NCBI GenBank assembly: GCA_913062575.1
Contig: CAJXVT010000007.1
Location: 967-64,966 of the forward strand
Direction: 5' to 3'
Length of the DNA: 64,000 nt
From: an uncultured Flavobacteriaceae bacterium
Lineage (GTDB): Bacteria > Bacteroidota > Bacteroidia > Flavobacteriales > Flavobacteriaceae
Below the pieces are notes generated by a model that was given only the letters and a program-made list of their open reading frames with translations, was not told the origin of the DNA and did not search any database. How positions within the stretch are numbered: the first letter of the stretch is position 1; every line of letters begins with the position of its first letter. Below are positions 1-10,022 of this stretch, one piece after another. The position numbers and the translations under genes were made by a program.

Positions 1-658
1 CAACTAAACCTGCAACATCTGGACAAGAATCATCTTTATCATATACACCGTCACCATCAGTATCTTTTCCTCCAAATTTAAAGACTAAACTAACTGAATG
101 TTGGAAATAATCTGGAACTTGACCAGTTAAATGTCTTGAACCTCCAGATTGTAAATTAAGACCTAAGTTTTCATTGAACCAAACATTAGCTCCAAATCCT
201 CCGTTAAATTTGATTGATTCTTTTCTACCTAATGAAGCAGCTCCAAAACCAGAATAAATATATGAATCTAACCAAGATGGGCTAGAACCAAATACTTTTC
301 CAATTAAAGAATTCAAATCATATCTAACGTTAGCATCAAAAGCATAAAACATATCTCCTGATCCATCACTATGAACATCTTTTTTATCAATTTTGTTAAA
401 AGACCCTGCTAACTCTAAACTAAATCCTTTTTCTAAATATTTTGCAACAGCAATTCTATTAATAGAAGGAAGAAGTGTATTCCAGTCACCGGTTCCTAAA
501 TAATCTTTACCAATATTTTTTAATGATTTATTTCCTCTAATATCTACAGAGTTTAAACCAAAACTAAATGCCCATTGATTATCAGAATCTTGAGCGTGTA
601 CATTAGCAACTGTTACCAATGCAAATAAAGCTATCACAGCTATTTTTAATCGTTTCAT
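1..658 (-). CDS. OmpA-family outer membrane protein (5' part; runs off left edge)
   Basis: Manual translation from ATG at 658: MKRLKIAVIALFALVTVANVHAQ signal peptide, beta-barrel-like region, then ...FKFGGKDTDGDGVYDKDDSCPDVAGL (thrombospondin type-3-like repeat typical of Bacteroidetes OmpA). Not in the ORF track because it is truncated. Confidence 0.85.
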   Translation of the reverse strand, partial: MKRLKIAVIALFALVTVANVHAQDSDNQWAFSFGLNSVDIRGNKSLKNIGKDYLGTGDWNTLLPSINRIAVAKYLEKGFSLELAGSFNKIDKKDVHSDGSGDMFYAFDANVRYDLNSLIGKVFGSSPSWLDSYIYSGFGAASLGRKESIKFNGGFGANVWFNENLGLNLQSGGSRHLTGQVPDYFQHSVSLVFKFGGKDTDGDGVYDKDDSCPDVAGLV

Positions 659-773
659 TATCAAATTTTTAAATTAAAAGTTCTTTTTTAAGTATACAAA
701 TGTAAGTGGATAAAACGTATTAACAAAGATTTTTTAAAAAAAATACACTTATTACACCTCTCTACGTTACCGT

Positions 774-1967
774 TTATATGACATTTAAGCTTTTTCCTAC
801 TTTAACAAAAGCTTGAATAGCTTTATCTAAATGCTTTTTATCGTGTGCAGCCGACAACTGTACTCTTATTCTTGCTTTATCTCTAGGCACAACAGGGAAA
901 AAGAAACCAATTACATATATACCCTCTTCTAGCAACATATTTGCCATTGTTTGAGATAATTTCGCATCATATAACATTACAGGAACTATTGCCGCATCTG
1001 CTCCAACCAAATCAAAACCTGCTTTTTCCATTTCAGTTCTAAAATAATTGGTATTCCACTCTAATTTATCCCTTAGAGTTGTGTCATTAGATATTAAGTC
1101 AAACACCTTAAGCGAAGCTCCAACAATTGCAGGTGCTAAAGAATTAGAAAATAAATAAGGTCTAGAGCGCTGACGTAAGATTTCAATAATTTCTTTTTTT
1201 CCAGTAGTATAACCTCCCATTGCACCTCCTAAAGCTTTACCAAAAGTACCGGTTACAATGTCAATCCTTTCCATAACATTTTTTAATTCAACGGTTCCTC
1301 TTCCTGTTTTTCCAATAAACCCTGCAGCATGACATTCATCTATCATTACCATTGCATCATATTTATCTGCTAAATCACAAATCTCATCCAATTTCGCAAC
1401 AATACCATCCATAGAAAAAACACCGTCAGTAACAATTATTTTGAACCTATGGTTTTGTTTATTTGCCATTATCAATTGCTCTTCTAAAGAATTCATATCA
1501 TTATTTGCATAACGATAACGAGCTGCTTTACACAAACGAACACCATCTATAATTGAAGCATGATTTAAACTATCAGAAATTATTGCATCTTCTTTAGTTA
1601 ATAGTGGCTCAAAAACACCCCCATTTGCATCAAAAGCAGCTGCATATAAAATAGTATCCTCTGTTTTATAAAATTCAGCAACTTTAGCTTCCAATTCTTT
1701 ATGAATATCTTGAGTCCCACATATAAATCGTACAGAAGACATTCCAAATCCATGAGTATCCATTGTGTCTTTTGCCGCTTGAATTACTTCTGGATGATTT
1801 GATAATCCTAAATAATTATTGGCACAAAAATTTATTACTTCTTCTCCAGTAGAAATTTTTATTACTGCATCTTGAGATGAAGTAATAATTCGCTCTGACT
1901 TATACAGTCCAGCATCTTTTATTTCTTGCAATTCTTTTTCTAATTGCCCTTTTATAGTACCGTACAT
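774..1967 (-). CDS. kbl: Glycine C-acetyltransferase (2-amino-3-ketobutyrate CoA ligase)
   Basis: [36 protein letters not shown]-Lys motif, [11 protein letters not shown]. Confidence 0.96.
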   Translation of the reverse strand: MYGTIKGQLEKELQEIKDAGLYKSERIITSSQDAVIKISTGEEVINFCANNYLGLSNHPEVIQAAKDTMDTHGFGMSSVRFICGTQDIHKELEAKVAEFYKTEDTILYAAAFDANGGVFEPLLTKEDAIISDSLNHASIIDGVRLCKAARYRYANNDMNSLEEQLIMANKQNHRFKIIVTDGVFSMDGIVAKLDEICDLADKYDAMVMIDECHAAGFIGKTGRGTVELKNVMERIDIVTGTFGKALGGAMGGYTTGKKEIIEILRQRSRPYLFSNSLAPAIVGASLKVFDLISNDTTLRDKLEWNTNYFRTEMEKAGFDLVGADAAIVPVMLYDAKLSQTMANMLLEEGIYVIGFFFPVVPRDKARIRVQLSAAHDKKHLDKAIQAFVKVGKSLNVI

Positions 1968-1998
1968 TTTAATTTATTTTTTAAGTTACAAATGTAAT

Positions 1999-4900
1999 TT
2001 AAATTTCTTCTACAATGATTTCTTCATTAATATATATCAACAACTTTTTTAGCACTTTAATATTCATAGAGATTAATACATCTTCATAAGTTATTAGCTG
2101 TTGATGATGGCTTTTTGATGGCTTTCCTGTTTTATAATCAATGATTGTTACCTCTTTTTTTGAATTTAAAACCAACCTATCTGGTATTATAATTTGGCTG
2201 TTCTCTGAAACCAATTCTCTTTCATTAAAGACAATAATTCCCTCTGTAAAATATTTCTCAAGCTTTGGGTGATTCACTATTTCTAAAAGTGCTTTTTCTA
2301 TTTTAATGGCTTCACCTGATTTGAGAACTCCCATTTGAATATATTGCAGCACAACACTCTTTACATCATTTTTTGCAATAACCTTAGACATCATCTCGTG
2401 AACTAAATTTCCATATTCAATGGCTTTACTTTGCTCTGTTTCCCAAAGTTTAGACGAATTAGCAACCATATGTATACTATGTTGTTGCCAAGGATTTGAA
2501 ATAAACTCCTTTTGAATTATTGTTTTAGAAACTTTTTTTATAAAATCACTTACTCGCTGTTTTCTCCCAAAATCATACTGGTTTCTCTCTAATGACCAAA
2601 CTCCCTTTTCTGACAAGAAATTCATTAAAACTCCCGATGTGGAATTTGAGTTGATATTCCCTTTTGCATCAACCAGCTTTTCTGTTACAATATACAATTG
2701 CTCTACAGATCTAGTTAAAGCCACATATAATAGATTAAAATTATCTAGTTCTAATTCTTCTCTTTGTGTGTTATAAATCTGTTCTCCTGTTTTTCCTGCA
2801 TACCTAATCCCTTTATAAGAATCAACTAGCAACTCGTCAAAACCACTAAACTGTTCTTCTGATAAATTGGTATACCAAGCTTTTGGGTTTTTATCATCAT
2901 ATATTTTTATATTATATGGGAAAATAACAATAGGAAACTCTAAGCCTTTTGATTTATGAATTGTCATTATTTGAACTGCGTTTTCTGCTTCAGGAGCAAC
3001 AATACTTAATTGCTCTTTTTTCTGATCCCAAAAATCTAAAAACTGCTGAACACTAGTTCCTTTTTTCTGACGCTCAAACACAACATCTAGGAAAAATTGC
3101 ACATAGGCATCTGATGAATTTATTAGTTTAAATGCTCTAATAATTTCTTCAACCTTCTCATAAAATGGTAACTGGTTGTAGTCTGATAAATTGAAGTTAA
3201 TAGCATGGTCTTTTATCTTTTCAAAAAAAGTACTTCTTTCTTTTAAGTTAAAGGAAGAAATAAACGAATGCTTGTCAATTTCTATCTTTAAATGAGCATG
3301 TAAATAGCACACAATTTTTGCCCAGGTTTCTTGGTCTTTTGGATGCTGAATTCCCTGTAATAAATCGACTATAAAATTAACTTTTGGACTATTCTGTAGC
3401 AATAGTGTTTCTGATGAAACAATTTCTATTCCTTTTTCTGATAAATAATTAGCAACTACAACGCCTTCTTTTTTTCTTCGAACTAAAATAGAAATCTCAC
3501 TTCTAGAAAACTCAGCATCTAAATTGGTGATGATCTCATACACTTTCTTCGCATATTTGAGCTCGTTTTCTTCTTTATTATCTTTCTTTTCTAAAAAATC
3601 AATAGATACATATCCACCTTGTTTATTCGTTGTTTTTTGATGATTTCCTTCTACAAATAATTGTTGATACATTGGGTTTTGGAAAAACCCAGAAACATAT
3701 TGGAAAAACGAGTTATTAAACTCAATTACTTCGCTAAAACTTCGATAATTGGTTTCCAGCTCCTTTATTTCTTTCGGTTGCTGAAAAGGATTTGAAACCG
3801 TTCCGTTCTTAACTTCAGAACCTAATTGAATAAACTGTTCTGCTTTTCCACCACGCCAACGGTAAATTGCTTGTTTCCCATCACCAACCAACAATAAATT
3901 GCTTTGTTCTTGCGCTAATGCATTGTCTATTAACGGAATTAAATTTTGCCACTGTAACACAGAAGTGTCCTGCATTTCATCAATAAAATAATGCATAAAT
4001 TTTTGTCCTATTCTCTCATAGATAAATGGTGCTGGCTCATTTTTAATATTGTCAGAAATTAACTGGTTGAATTCAGAAATTAATCGAATATTATTTTCTT
4101 CTTTTATACTTGTTAATTCTGAATTAATCTTAGTCAAAACCGCCAATGGAATAATACTTTTTAAGGCGAGTTTATTTAACGTGAATTGTTGATACAACGT
4201 CTCTGATTCTTCATACAAACTCAACAATTCTGGTAAAACACTTTCAATGGTCGTTTTAATATCATCAGAAACTGATTTTGTATAAAACCTGTTTTCAGAA
4301 ATTGCTTTTTTTAATGCACTTTCTTCAAAGAATTTCACCTTAGAAATAGCATCAACAAGATTCATAAAATGATCTGGAAATGATGGTCTTTTTAAAAAAT
4401 CATCTCTTGATAATCCAATGGCTTCAATTATTTTCAGCCCTTTATTTCCTACTTCATTAAACTGCTCTTCTAACTGTTTTTGATGTTTGGTTAATTTTGA
4501 TTTTAATGCCGTAAAATCACTAATTGTTTTTGAGCTTAATTTTTTAAAGTGTTTTGCATCTTCATCATTCAATAATATTTTTGCAAATTCATTTAAATCG
4601 TAAGAAATATCCCAAGACTTATCTTCCTTTGCCTTGTCTAATGAATAATCAATTAGAGTTTTGGTAATATCGTTTTCGATGCCAATTTTAGAAATCAATA
4701 CATCTACTGCTTGACTTAACAAAGTTGCTGAATCCAACTCAACTTCAAAATTCAAACTCAACCCTAAATCAAAGGCAAAACTCTTTATTAGCTTATGTGT
4801 AAAACTATCAATAGTTGCAATTCCAAATGCGCTGTAGTTTTGAAGTATTGCTTCAAGAGCTTGTTTGCTTCTTTCTTGAAGAGTCAATTTATCTAAGGAT

Positions 4901-5145
4901 GTTTCTTCAACTAAGATTAAAAACAAATCGTTTTCATTCCCTTCAGAAAAAAGCTGCAAATTATCTAAAATTCGAGCTTTCATTTCTGCAGCAGCTTTAT
5001 TTGTAAAGGTTATGGCTAGTATACTCTGAAACTTATATCGATCATCAGAATTCAAAATAACTTTCAAGTATTCTTTTACAAGCGTAAATGTTTTTCCGCT
5101 TCCAGCGGATGCATTATATACTTGAAAGTTTGATGCTATTTGCAC
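1999..5145 (-). CDS. UvrD/AddA-like helicase-nuclease
   Basis: ASAGSGKT Walker A, ITFTNKAA, IDEMQDTS, VGDGKQAIYRWRG, TIHKSKGLEF, LYVALTR, C-terminal PD-(D/E)XK motif (IPDR...IDYKTG). Confidence 0.9.
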   Translation of the reverse strand: MQIASNFQVYNASAGSGKTFTLVKEYLKVILNSDDRYKFQSILAITFTNKAAAEMKARILDNLQLFSEGNENDLFLILVEETSLDKLTLQERSKQALEAILQNYSAFGIATIDSFTHKLIKSFAFDLGLSLNFEVELDSATLLSQAVDVLISKIGIENDITKTLIDYSLDKAKEDKSWDISYDLNEFAKILLNDEDAKHFKKLSSKTISDFTALKSKLTKHQKQLEEQFNEVGNKGLKIIEAIGLSRDDFLKRPSFPDHFMNLVDAISKVKFFEESALKKAISENRFYTKSVSDDIKTTIESVLPELLSLYEESETLYQQFTLNKLALKSIIPLAVLTKINSELTSIKEENNIRLISEFNQLISDNIKNEPAPFIYERIGQKFMHYFIDEMQDTSVLQWQNLIPLIDNALAQEQSNLLLVGDGKQAIYRWRGGKAEQFIQLGSEVKNGTVSNPFQQPKEIKELETNYRSFSEVIEFNNSFFQYVSGFFQNPMYQQLFVEGNHQKTTNKQGGYVSIDFLEKKDNKEENELKYAKKVYEIITNLDAEFSRSEISILVRRKKEGVVVANYLSEKGIEIVSSETLLLQNSPKVNFIVDLLQGIQHPKDQETWAKIVCYLHAHLKIEIDKHSFISSFNLKERSTFFEKIKDHAINFNLSDYNQLPFYEKVEEIIRAFKLINSSDAYVQFFLDVVFERQKKGTSVQQFLDFWDQKKEQLSIVAPEAENAVQIMTIHKSKGLEFPIVIFPYNIKIYDDKNPKAWYTNLSEEQFSGFDELLVDSYKGIRYAGKTGEQIYNTQREELELDNFNLLYVALTRSVEQLYIVTEKLVDAKGNINSNSTSGVLMNFLSEKGVWSLERNQYDFGRKQRVSDFIKKVSKTIIQKEFISNPWQQHSIHMVANSSKLWETEQSKAIEYGNLVHEMMSKVIAKNDVKSVVLQYIQMGVLKSGEAIKIEKALLEIVNHPKLEKYFTEGIIVFNERELVSENSQIIIPDRLVLNSKKEVTIIDYKTGKPSKSHHQQLITYEDVLISMNIKVLKKLLIYINEEIIVEEI

Positions 5146-5288
5146 AGTTTTATTTTAGTGCAAATTAGGTGTTTTTGCTAGAAGAAGCAAGAAATGAGAG
5201 TCAAGAAACATGACTGTCTAATTGTAATTAAAAATAGATACCTAAATCTTAGTTCTAGAAGGGAAGCAGTCTTTAGACTATTTTAAAA

Positions 5289-6449
5289 TTACCCTCTAAA
5301 TAAAAAGAAATCTTCTTTAATAGATTCAATTTTAGAATCGTCATTTGTAATAATATAATCAATAGCTTTATCTGTAAAACTTTTTCCTTTTTCAGTTAAT
5401 GAGATAATATTTTTATCAATGGTTATCATATTATTTCTCAGTGCCAAGTCTACTACAGATTTTGAGCGTACTTTTTGCCAATTAATATGCTCGTTCAAGT
5501 GATTTATATGACGCTCAGATTTTTCTGTATGATTGTTTAAGTGCAATAAAAATGTCAACAAAGAAACCTCTACCTGTTGCTGTTTATTTCTATACAAAAC
5601 AGAAAACAAGCCTCTTTTTGGAGCAAATAAGTACACGAGTAAAAAAACCATTCCTAAAACAGTGGTCATAGATCCAGAAATTGAAGCATCTAACCAATGT
5701 GCCAACCAATATCCAGAGATTGCCGAAAAAACACCAAAAAAGACGGAGAGTAATAGCATCTTTTTTAAATTATCTGTCAACAGATAAGCCGTAGCCGCAG
5801 GTGCTATCATTAAAGCAACAACCAAAATTGCACCAACAGCATCAAAAGCACCAACTGTAGTTACAGAAGCAACACTCATCAAACCATAATGCAGAACCAC
5901 TGGAGAAAAACCTAATGCAGTAGCAAGACCTGCATCAAAAGTACTTATTTTCAATTCTTTAAAAAACGCAAATAACAGACTCAATGTAATCAACAATATC
6001 ACTCCGATAGTCCACAAAGATTTCGGTCCAAAATCCATTCCATCAATAAGTAATCTATCAAAAGGAGCAAAAGCCAATTCACCCAACAAAACAACATCTG
6101 TATCTAAATGAATATCATTCGCGTTTTTTGAAATCAATATCACACCAATACTAAACATGGCAGGAAAAACCAATCCAATCGCTGTATCTTCTTTTACTAA
6201 TTTTGTTTTCTGAATAAACTCCACCAACACCACCGTTATAACACCAGATAATGCGGCCATTATTATTAATAAAGGTGAACCTAAATCATGTGTAATAAAG
6301 AAACCAATTACCAAACCAGGTAAGATTGAATGGCTAATTGCATCACTAATCAAAGCCATTTTACGCAATACCAAAAAAGTTCCTGGAATTGCACAAGCAA
6401 TTGCTACTAAACTCGCAATTAACTGTATTTCTAATTGAGCACTAGTCAT
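5289..6449 (-). CDS. Mn/Fe/Zn ABC transporter permease (TroD/MntD-like) with C-terminal soluble extension
   Basis: DAISHSILPG, VGAILVVALMIAPAATA ABC-3 motifs; fourth transporter gene of the operon. Confidence 0.9.
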   Translation of the reverse strand: MTSAQLEIQLIASLVAIACAIPGTFLVLRKMALISDAISHSILPGLVIGFFITHDLGSPLLIIMAALSGVITVVLVEFIQKTKLVKEDTAIGLVFPAMFSIGVILISKNANDIHLDTDVVLLGELAFAPFDRLLIDGMDFGPKSLWTIGVILLITLSLLFAFFKELKISTFDAGLATALGFSPVVLHYGLMSVASVTTVGAFDAVGAILVVALMIAPAATAYLLTDNLKKMLLLSVFFGVFSAISGYWLAHWLDASISGSMTTVLGMVFLLVYLFAPKRGLFSVLYRNKQQQVEVSLLTFLLHLNNHTEKSERHINHLNEHINWQKVRSKSVVDLALRNNMITIDKNIISLTEKGKSFTDKAIDYIITNDDSKIESIKEDFFLFRG

Positions 6450-7569
6450 TTTCTTCTACTTGTTGATTGTATAAATTTAACGCAAAATCATATCCTTTTT
6501 CTGTCATTTCCCACATCAATCCTTCTACACGGATATACTCTTTATCTTCTAATTTACTGAGTGATTTTTTAGTATAACCATGGAAGTTATTCAAGATCTT
6601 AACAGCATGTGGGTGTGAAATATTTTCGTGACTTTTGGCGATATCAAACATAAAAGCCAATGTTTTATGCAATTGTAAATCCTTTCTGTTTTTAATAAAC
6701 CGTATTTGCCTAAACAGCAAACCTCTTGATGGAGAGAAAATAAAAGATAAAATAACAAAGGTAGCTGCTACTAGCACAATAACAGGCCCTGTAGATAAAT
6801 TATTTTGACTTGCACTTATTGCTGTACCTACAACTCCAGAAGTTGCTCCAAATACCGCAGCCAATACCACCATAATTCCTAAACTATTGGTCCATTGTCT
6901 TGCTGCTGCCGCAGGTGCTAATAACATTGCACTCATTAAAACAACCCCAACCGTTTGCAAACCTAAAACAATTGCCAACACAATAAATGAAGTAATTAAT
7001 ATGTCAATCATTTTAGTATTAAAACCCAATGTTTTTGCATAGTCTGCATCAAAAAGTAAAATTTTAAACTCTTTCCAAAACAACAAGAGTACCAATAAAC
7101 AAACCAATGTTACAGTTGCCATAAACCACACATCTCTGGCCAATAAAGTGGCTGCTTGTCCAAACAAAAATTTATCTAAACCTGCTTGATTTGCATTGGG
7201 TTGTTTTTGTATATAGGTCAATAATAACATCCCAAATCCAAAGAAAATCGACAAGATTAACCCAAGAGCCGTATCAGATTTCAAATGTGTTCTTCTGGTA
7301 ATTCCACGAATCCAAAACGCACCGATTAATCCACTAATCAATGCCCCAATTAACAATACGTTTGTTTCTTTGGTTCCAGTAATTAAAAATGCAATTGCGA
7401 TTCCCGGCAACGCCGCATGCGAAATAGCATCTCCCAACAAGCTTTGTTTTCTTAATACTGCAAAACTCCCCAACATTCCGCAAATTGCACCTAAAATTGC
7501 AGTTCCCAAACTGATAGTTCGTAGCGTGTAATCGTTAAAAAGTAATTCAAAATATTCTGTAAAGCTCAT
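6442..7569 (-). CDS. Mn/Fe/Zn ABC transporter permease (TroC/MntC-like) with C-terminal soluble extension
   Basis: LLGDAISHAALPG, VGVVLMSAMLLAPAAAARQW motifs. Confidence 0.9.
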   Translation of the reverse strand: MSFTEYFELLFNDYTLRTISLGTAILGAICGMLGSFAVLRKQSLLGDAISHAALPGIAIAFLITGTKETNVLLIGALISGLIGAFWIRGITRRTHLKSDTALGLILSIFFGFGMLLLTYIQKQPNANQAGLDKFLFGQAATLLARDVWFMATVTLVCLLVLLLFWKEFKILLFDADYAKTLGFNTKMIDILITSFIVLAIVLGLQTVGVVLMSAMLLAPAAAARQWTNSLGIMVVLAAVFGATSGVVGTAISASQNNLSTGPVIVLVAATFVILSFIFSPSRGLLFRQIRFIKNRKDLQLHKTLAFMFDIAKSHENISHPHAVKILNNFHGYTKKSLSKLEDKEYIRVEGLMWEMTEKGYDFALNLYNQQVEEND

Positions 7570-7589
7570 TGCTTTTATTCTTTGTTTAT

Positions 7590-8330
7590 TTATTTCTGCA
7601 CACTTACTTTGTAATTAATTCCGTAAGTTTTGGTTAAGTTATCATCATTGAAAATCTCTTTTACTGGACCCGTTGCAATCTTTTTTACATTTAAAAAAGT
7701 AACCCAATCAAAATATTCTGGTACCGTTTGCAAATCATGATGAACCACCACCACTGTTTTCCCTTTTTTACGTAATTCTTTTAATATATTGATAATGGCA
7801 ATCTCAGTAGTTGCATCTACTCCTTGAAAAGGCTCATCCATAAAATAGATGTCAGCATCTTGCGCCAAAGCTCTTGCTAAGAACACACGTTGTTGTTGCC
7901 CACCAGACAACTGACTTATTTGTCGATCTTTAAAAGACAACATTCCGACTTTTTCTAAGGATTCTAAGGCTGTTTTTTTTTCTTTTTTTCCAGGTCTTTT
8001 AATCCAACCCAAACTACCATAAGTCCCCATCATCACAACGTCTAGAGCCGTAGTTGGAAAATCCCAATCTACACTCCCTTTTTGCGGAACATATCCAACT
8101 AATTTTCGTTGTTTTTTATACGGTTTTCCATAAATAGAAACACTACCAGCTATTGGGTCAATAATTCCTAAAATAGCTTTTATCAAAGTTGATTTCCCCG
8201 CACCATTTGGCCCGACAATTGCCATCAATACGCCTTCTGGAATCGCTAAATCAATATCCCATAATACAGGTTTGTAGTTATATGCAACTGTTAAATCATC
8301 TACTGTTACCGCAAATTTCTGTTTTCCCAT
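7590..8330 (-). CDS. Mn/Fe/Zn ABC transporter ATP-binding subunit (TroB/MntB-like)
   Basis: [41 protein letters not shown]. Confidence 0.95.
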   Translation of the reverse strand: MGKQKFAVTVDDLTVAYNYKPVLWDIDLAIPEGVLMAIVGPNGAGKSTLIKAILGIIDPIAGSVSIYGKPYKKQRKLVGYVPQKGSVDWDFPTTALDVVMMGTYGSLGWIKRPGKKEKKTALESLEKVGMLSFKDRQISQLSGGQQQRVFLARALAQDADIYFMDEPFQGVDATTEIAIINILKELRKKGKTVVVVHHDLQTVPEYFDWVTFLNVKKIATGPVKEIFNDDNLTKTYGINYKVSVQK

Positions 8331-8331
8331 T

Positions 8332-9246
8332 TTATTTCTGTAATGAGTTAATGATTGTTTTTACATTGTGTTTATACATCCCTATATAAGTTCCTTCGAT
8401 AGTTCCAAAATCTCCCAAAGCATCAGAAAATAACGTTCCTCCAATTTCAATTTGGTGTCCTTTAGATTTCACAGCTTCTTGTAGAGCTTCTACTGTTCTT
8501 CGCGGAACAGAGCTCTCAATAAAAATTGATTTTACATTTTTCTCTATGATAAAAGCTGCCATTTTCTGAACATCTTTTACACCTGCTTCTGTTGCGGTTG
8601 ACAATCCTTGCAAACCAACTACGTTAAATTGAAATGCCTTCCCAAAATAATTAAATGCATCATGTGCAGTTACCAAGATTCTTTTCCCAACTGGCAACGG
8701 ATTGATCATTTCTGTAATTGTTATTTTTAGAGCTGCAAGTTTCTTTAAATAGGCTTCCCCATTTCCTGTGTAATAAGCAGCATTTTTTGAGTCCAATTCT
8801 GATAATTGCTTAATTAAATAGGCTGTAATTATTTCCCAGTTTGTAATATCAAACCAAATATGTGGATCGTAATTTGAAGCAAAAAACTCAGAATCTATCA
8901 ACGTACTTTTATCAATTGCATCAGAAACAGCAATTGTTTTATGATTTTGATGGCGCATCTTTTCAAATACTTCCTCCAGCTTTCCTTCTAAATGAATTCC
9001 GTTGTAAATAATTACGTCGGCATTAAACAGTTTGCTAACATCACCTTCACTTGCTTTGTACAAATGCGGATCTACTCCAGCCCCCATTAAACCTTTAACG
9101 TCAATTTTATCACCACCAATATTTTGTACCAAATCGGTAATCATGGTTGTAGTAGTAACTACCTGAAGTTTTCCATTTTTCGCCCTTTCTCCTTGTTTAC
9201 AACCGATGATGGCAACAGCTAACACTATGTATAAATATTTTTTCAT
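8332..9246 (-). CDS. Mn/Fe ABC transporter substrate-binding lipoprotein (TroA/MntA-like)
   Basis: Lipobox IIGC; [25 protein letters not shown] metal-ligand motifs. Confidence 0.93.
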   Translation of the reverse strand: MKKYLYIVLAVAIIGCKQGERAKNGKLQVVTTTTMITDLVQNIGGDKIDVKGLMGAGVDPHLYKASEGDVSKLFNADVIIYNGIHLEGKLEEVFEKMRHQNHKTIAVSDAIDKSTLIDSEFFASNYDPHIWFDITNWEIITAYLIKQLSELDSKNAAYYTGNGEAYLKKLAALKITITEMINPLPVGKRILVTAHDAFNYFGKAFQFNVVGLQGLSTATEAGVKDVQKMAAFIIEKNVKSIFIESSVPRRTVEALQEAVKSKGHQIEIGGTLFSDALGDFGTIEGTYIGMYKHNVKTIINSLQK

Positions 9247-9247
9247 T

Positions 9248-9913
9248 TTAAATTGTATGGCTCTCTTTTACTAATAAATTCTCAGCTACTTCATTTGTTA
9301 TTAATAACTCAATATCATTAATTTGAACTAAAACAGAATTATCAAAAGGTTCAATGTTTATTACTTTTATTGTGTTTCCTATGGCGATTTTCTTCTTATT
9401 TAAATACCTTAAAAAATTATCTGAAGAATCCTTTACTGCTAATAAAACAGTCTCTTCATTCTCTTTTAGTGCAGACAACTTAACTTTTTTTCTGATGGTA
9501 ATATCTCCTTCTTTATTCGGAATAGGGTCTCCATGTGGATCAACCGTTGGAAAACCTAATAAGGCATCTATTTCGTCTATTAATTTTGGCGACTTGATAT
9601 GTTCTAATTGCTCAGCAACATCATGCACCTCATCCCAATTAAAGTTTAGTTTTTCTACTAAAAAAACCTCCCACAACCTGTGTTTTCTTATTATAACAGC
9701 TGCAATCTTCTTCCCTTCAATAGTCAAGTTCACTCCTTGATACTTTTGATAAATAAGCACGTTTTTATCTGCTAGCTTTTTCACCATATCGGTAACAGAA
9801 GACGCTTTCGTGTCTAATTTTTTAGCAATTGCATTTGTACTTACTCCTTTTTCAGTGAGCGAACTTAAATGATAAATTGCTTTTAAATAATTCTCTTCAG
9901 AAGATGTAAACAT
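9248..9913 (-). CDS. mntR: DtxR/MntR-family metal-dependent repressor with FeoA-like C-terminal domain
   Basis: EENYLKAIY, RKHRLWEVFL, HDVAEQLEH, DPHGDPIP. Start moved to ATG 9913 because the track's TTG at 9934 overlaps the -7 promoter element. Confidence 0.88.
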   Translation of the reverse strand: MFTSSEENYLKAIYHLSSLTEKGVSTNAIAKKLDTKASSVTDMVKKLADKNVLIYQKYQGVNLTIEGKKIAAVIIRKHRLWEVFLVEKLNFNWDEVHDVAEQLEHIKSPKLIDEIDALLGFPTVDPHGDPIPNKEGDITIRKKVKLSALKENEETVLLAVKDSSDNFLRYLNKKKIAIGNTIKVINIEPFDNSVLVQINDIELLITNEVAENLLVKESHTI

Positions 9914-9931
9914 ATCGCATTGATTATACAG

Positions 9932-9939
9932 CAAATATA
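9932..9939 (-). promoter_or_regulatory. Bacteroidetes sigma-A -7 element for the mntR/ABC operon
   Basis: Reverse complement reads TATATTTG, matching TAnnTTTG, about 20 nt upstream of ATG 9913. Confidence 0.7.
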
Positions 9940-9957
9940 CCTCTTTTTTGAATTACG

Positions 9958-9993
9958 TAAAATTATTTTTAGACATATCTAAAAATAATTTTA
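9958..9993. promoter_or_regulatory. Palindromic operator, probably the MntR/DtxR binding site
   Basis: TAAAATTATTTTTAGA-CATA-TCTAAAAATAATTTTA: perfect 16-bp arms with a 4-bp spacer, lying between two divergent promoters. Confidence 0.8.
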
Positions 9994-9999
9994 TATTTG
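9992..9999 (+). promoter_or_regulatory. Bacteroidetes -7 element for the di-heme/Rieske/porin operon
   Basis: TATATTTG 23 nt upstream of ATG 10023, abutting the palindrome. Confidence 0.7.
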
Positions 10000-10022
10000 C
10001 ATAAAATTAAGATCCATAAACA

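Noticed and set aside
705-726. DnaA-box-like AGTGGATAA upstream of ompA (similar TGTTGATAA at 26258-26266)
   Set aside because: Isolated one-mismatch boxes with no cluster or origin context.
1999-5145. AddA-like helicase with no adjacent AddB, considered as a possible defence helicase-nuclease
   Set aside because: Motifs and context (addA-kbl-ompA) fit the ordinary flavobacterial repair locus; the partner probably lies outside the window.
5231-5288. Partial MntR-like sequences (AATAGATACCTAAA, TTTAGACTA) downstream of the ABC operon
   Set aside because: Wrong spacing and weak symmetry; expected by chance in AT-rich DNA.
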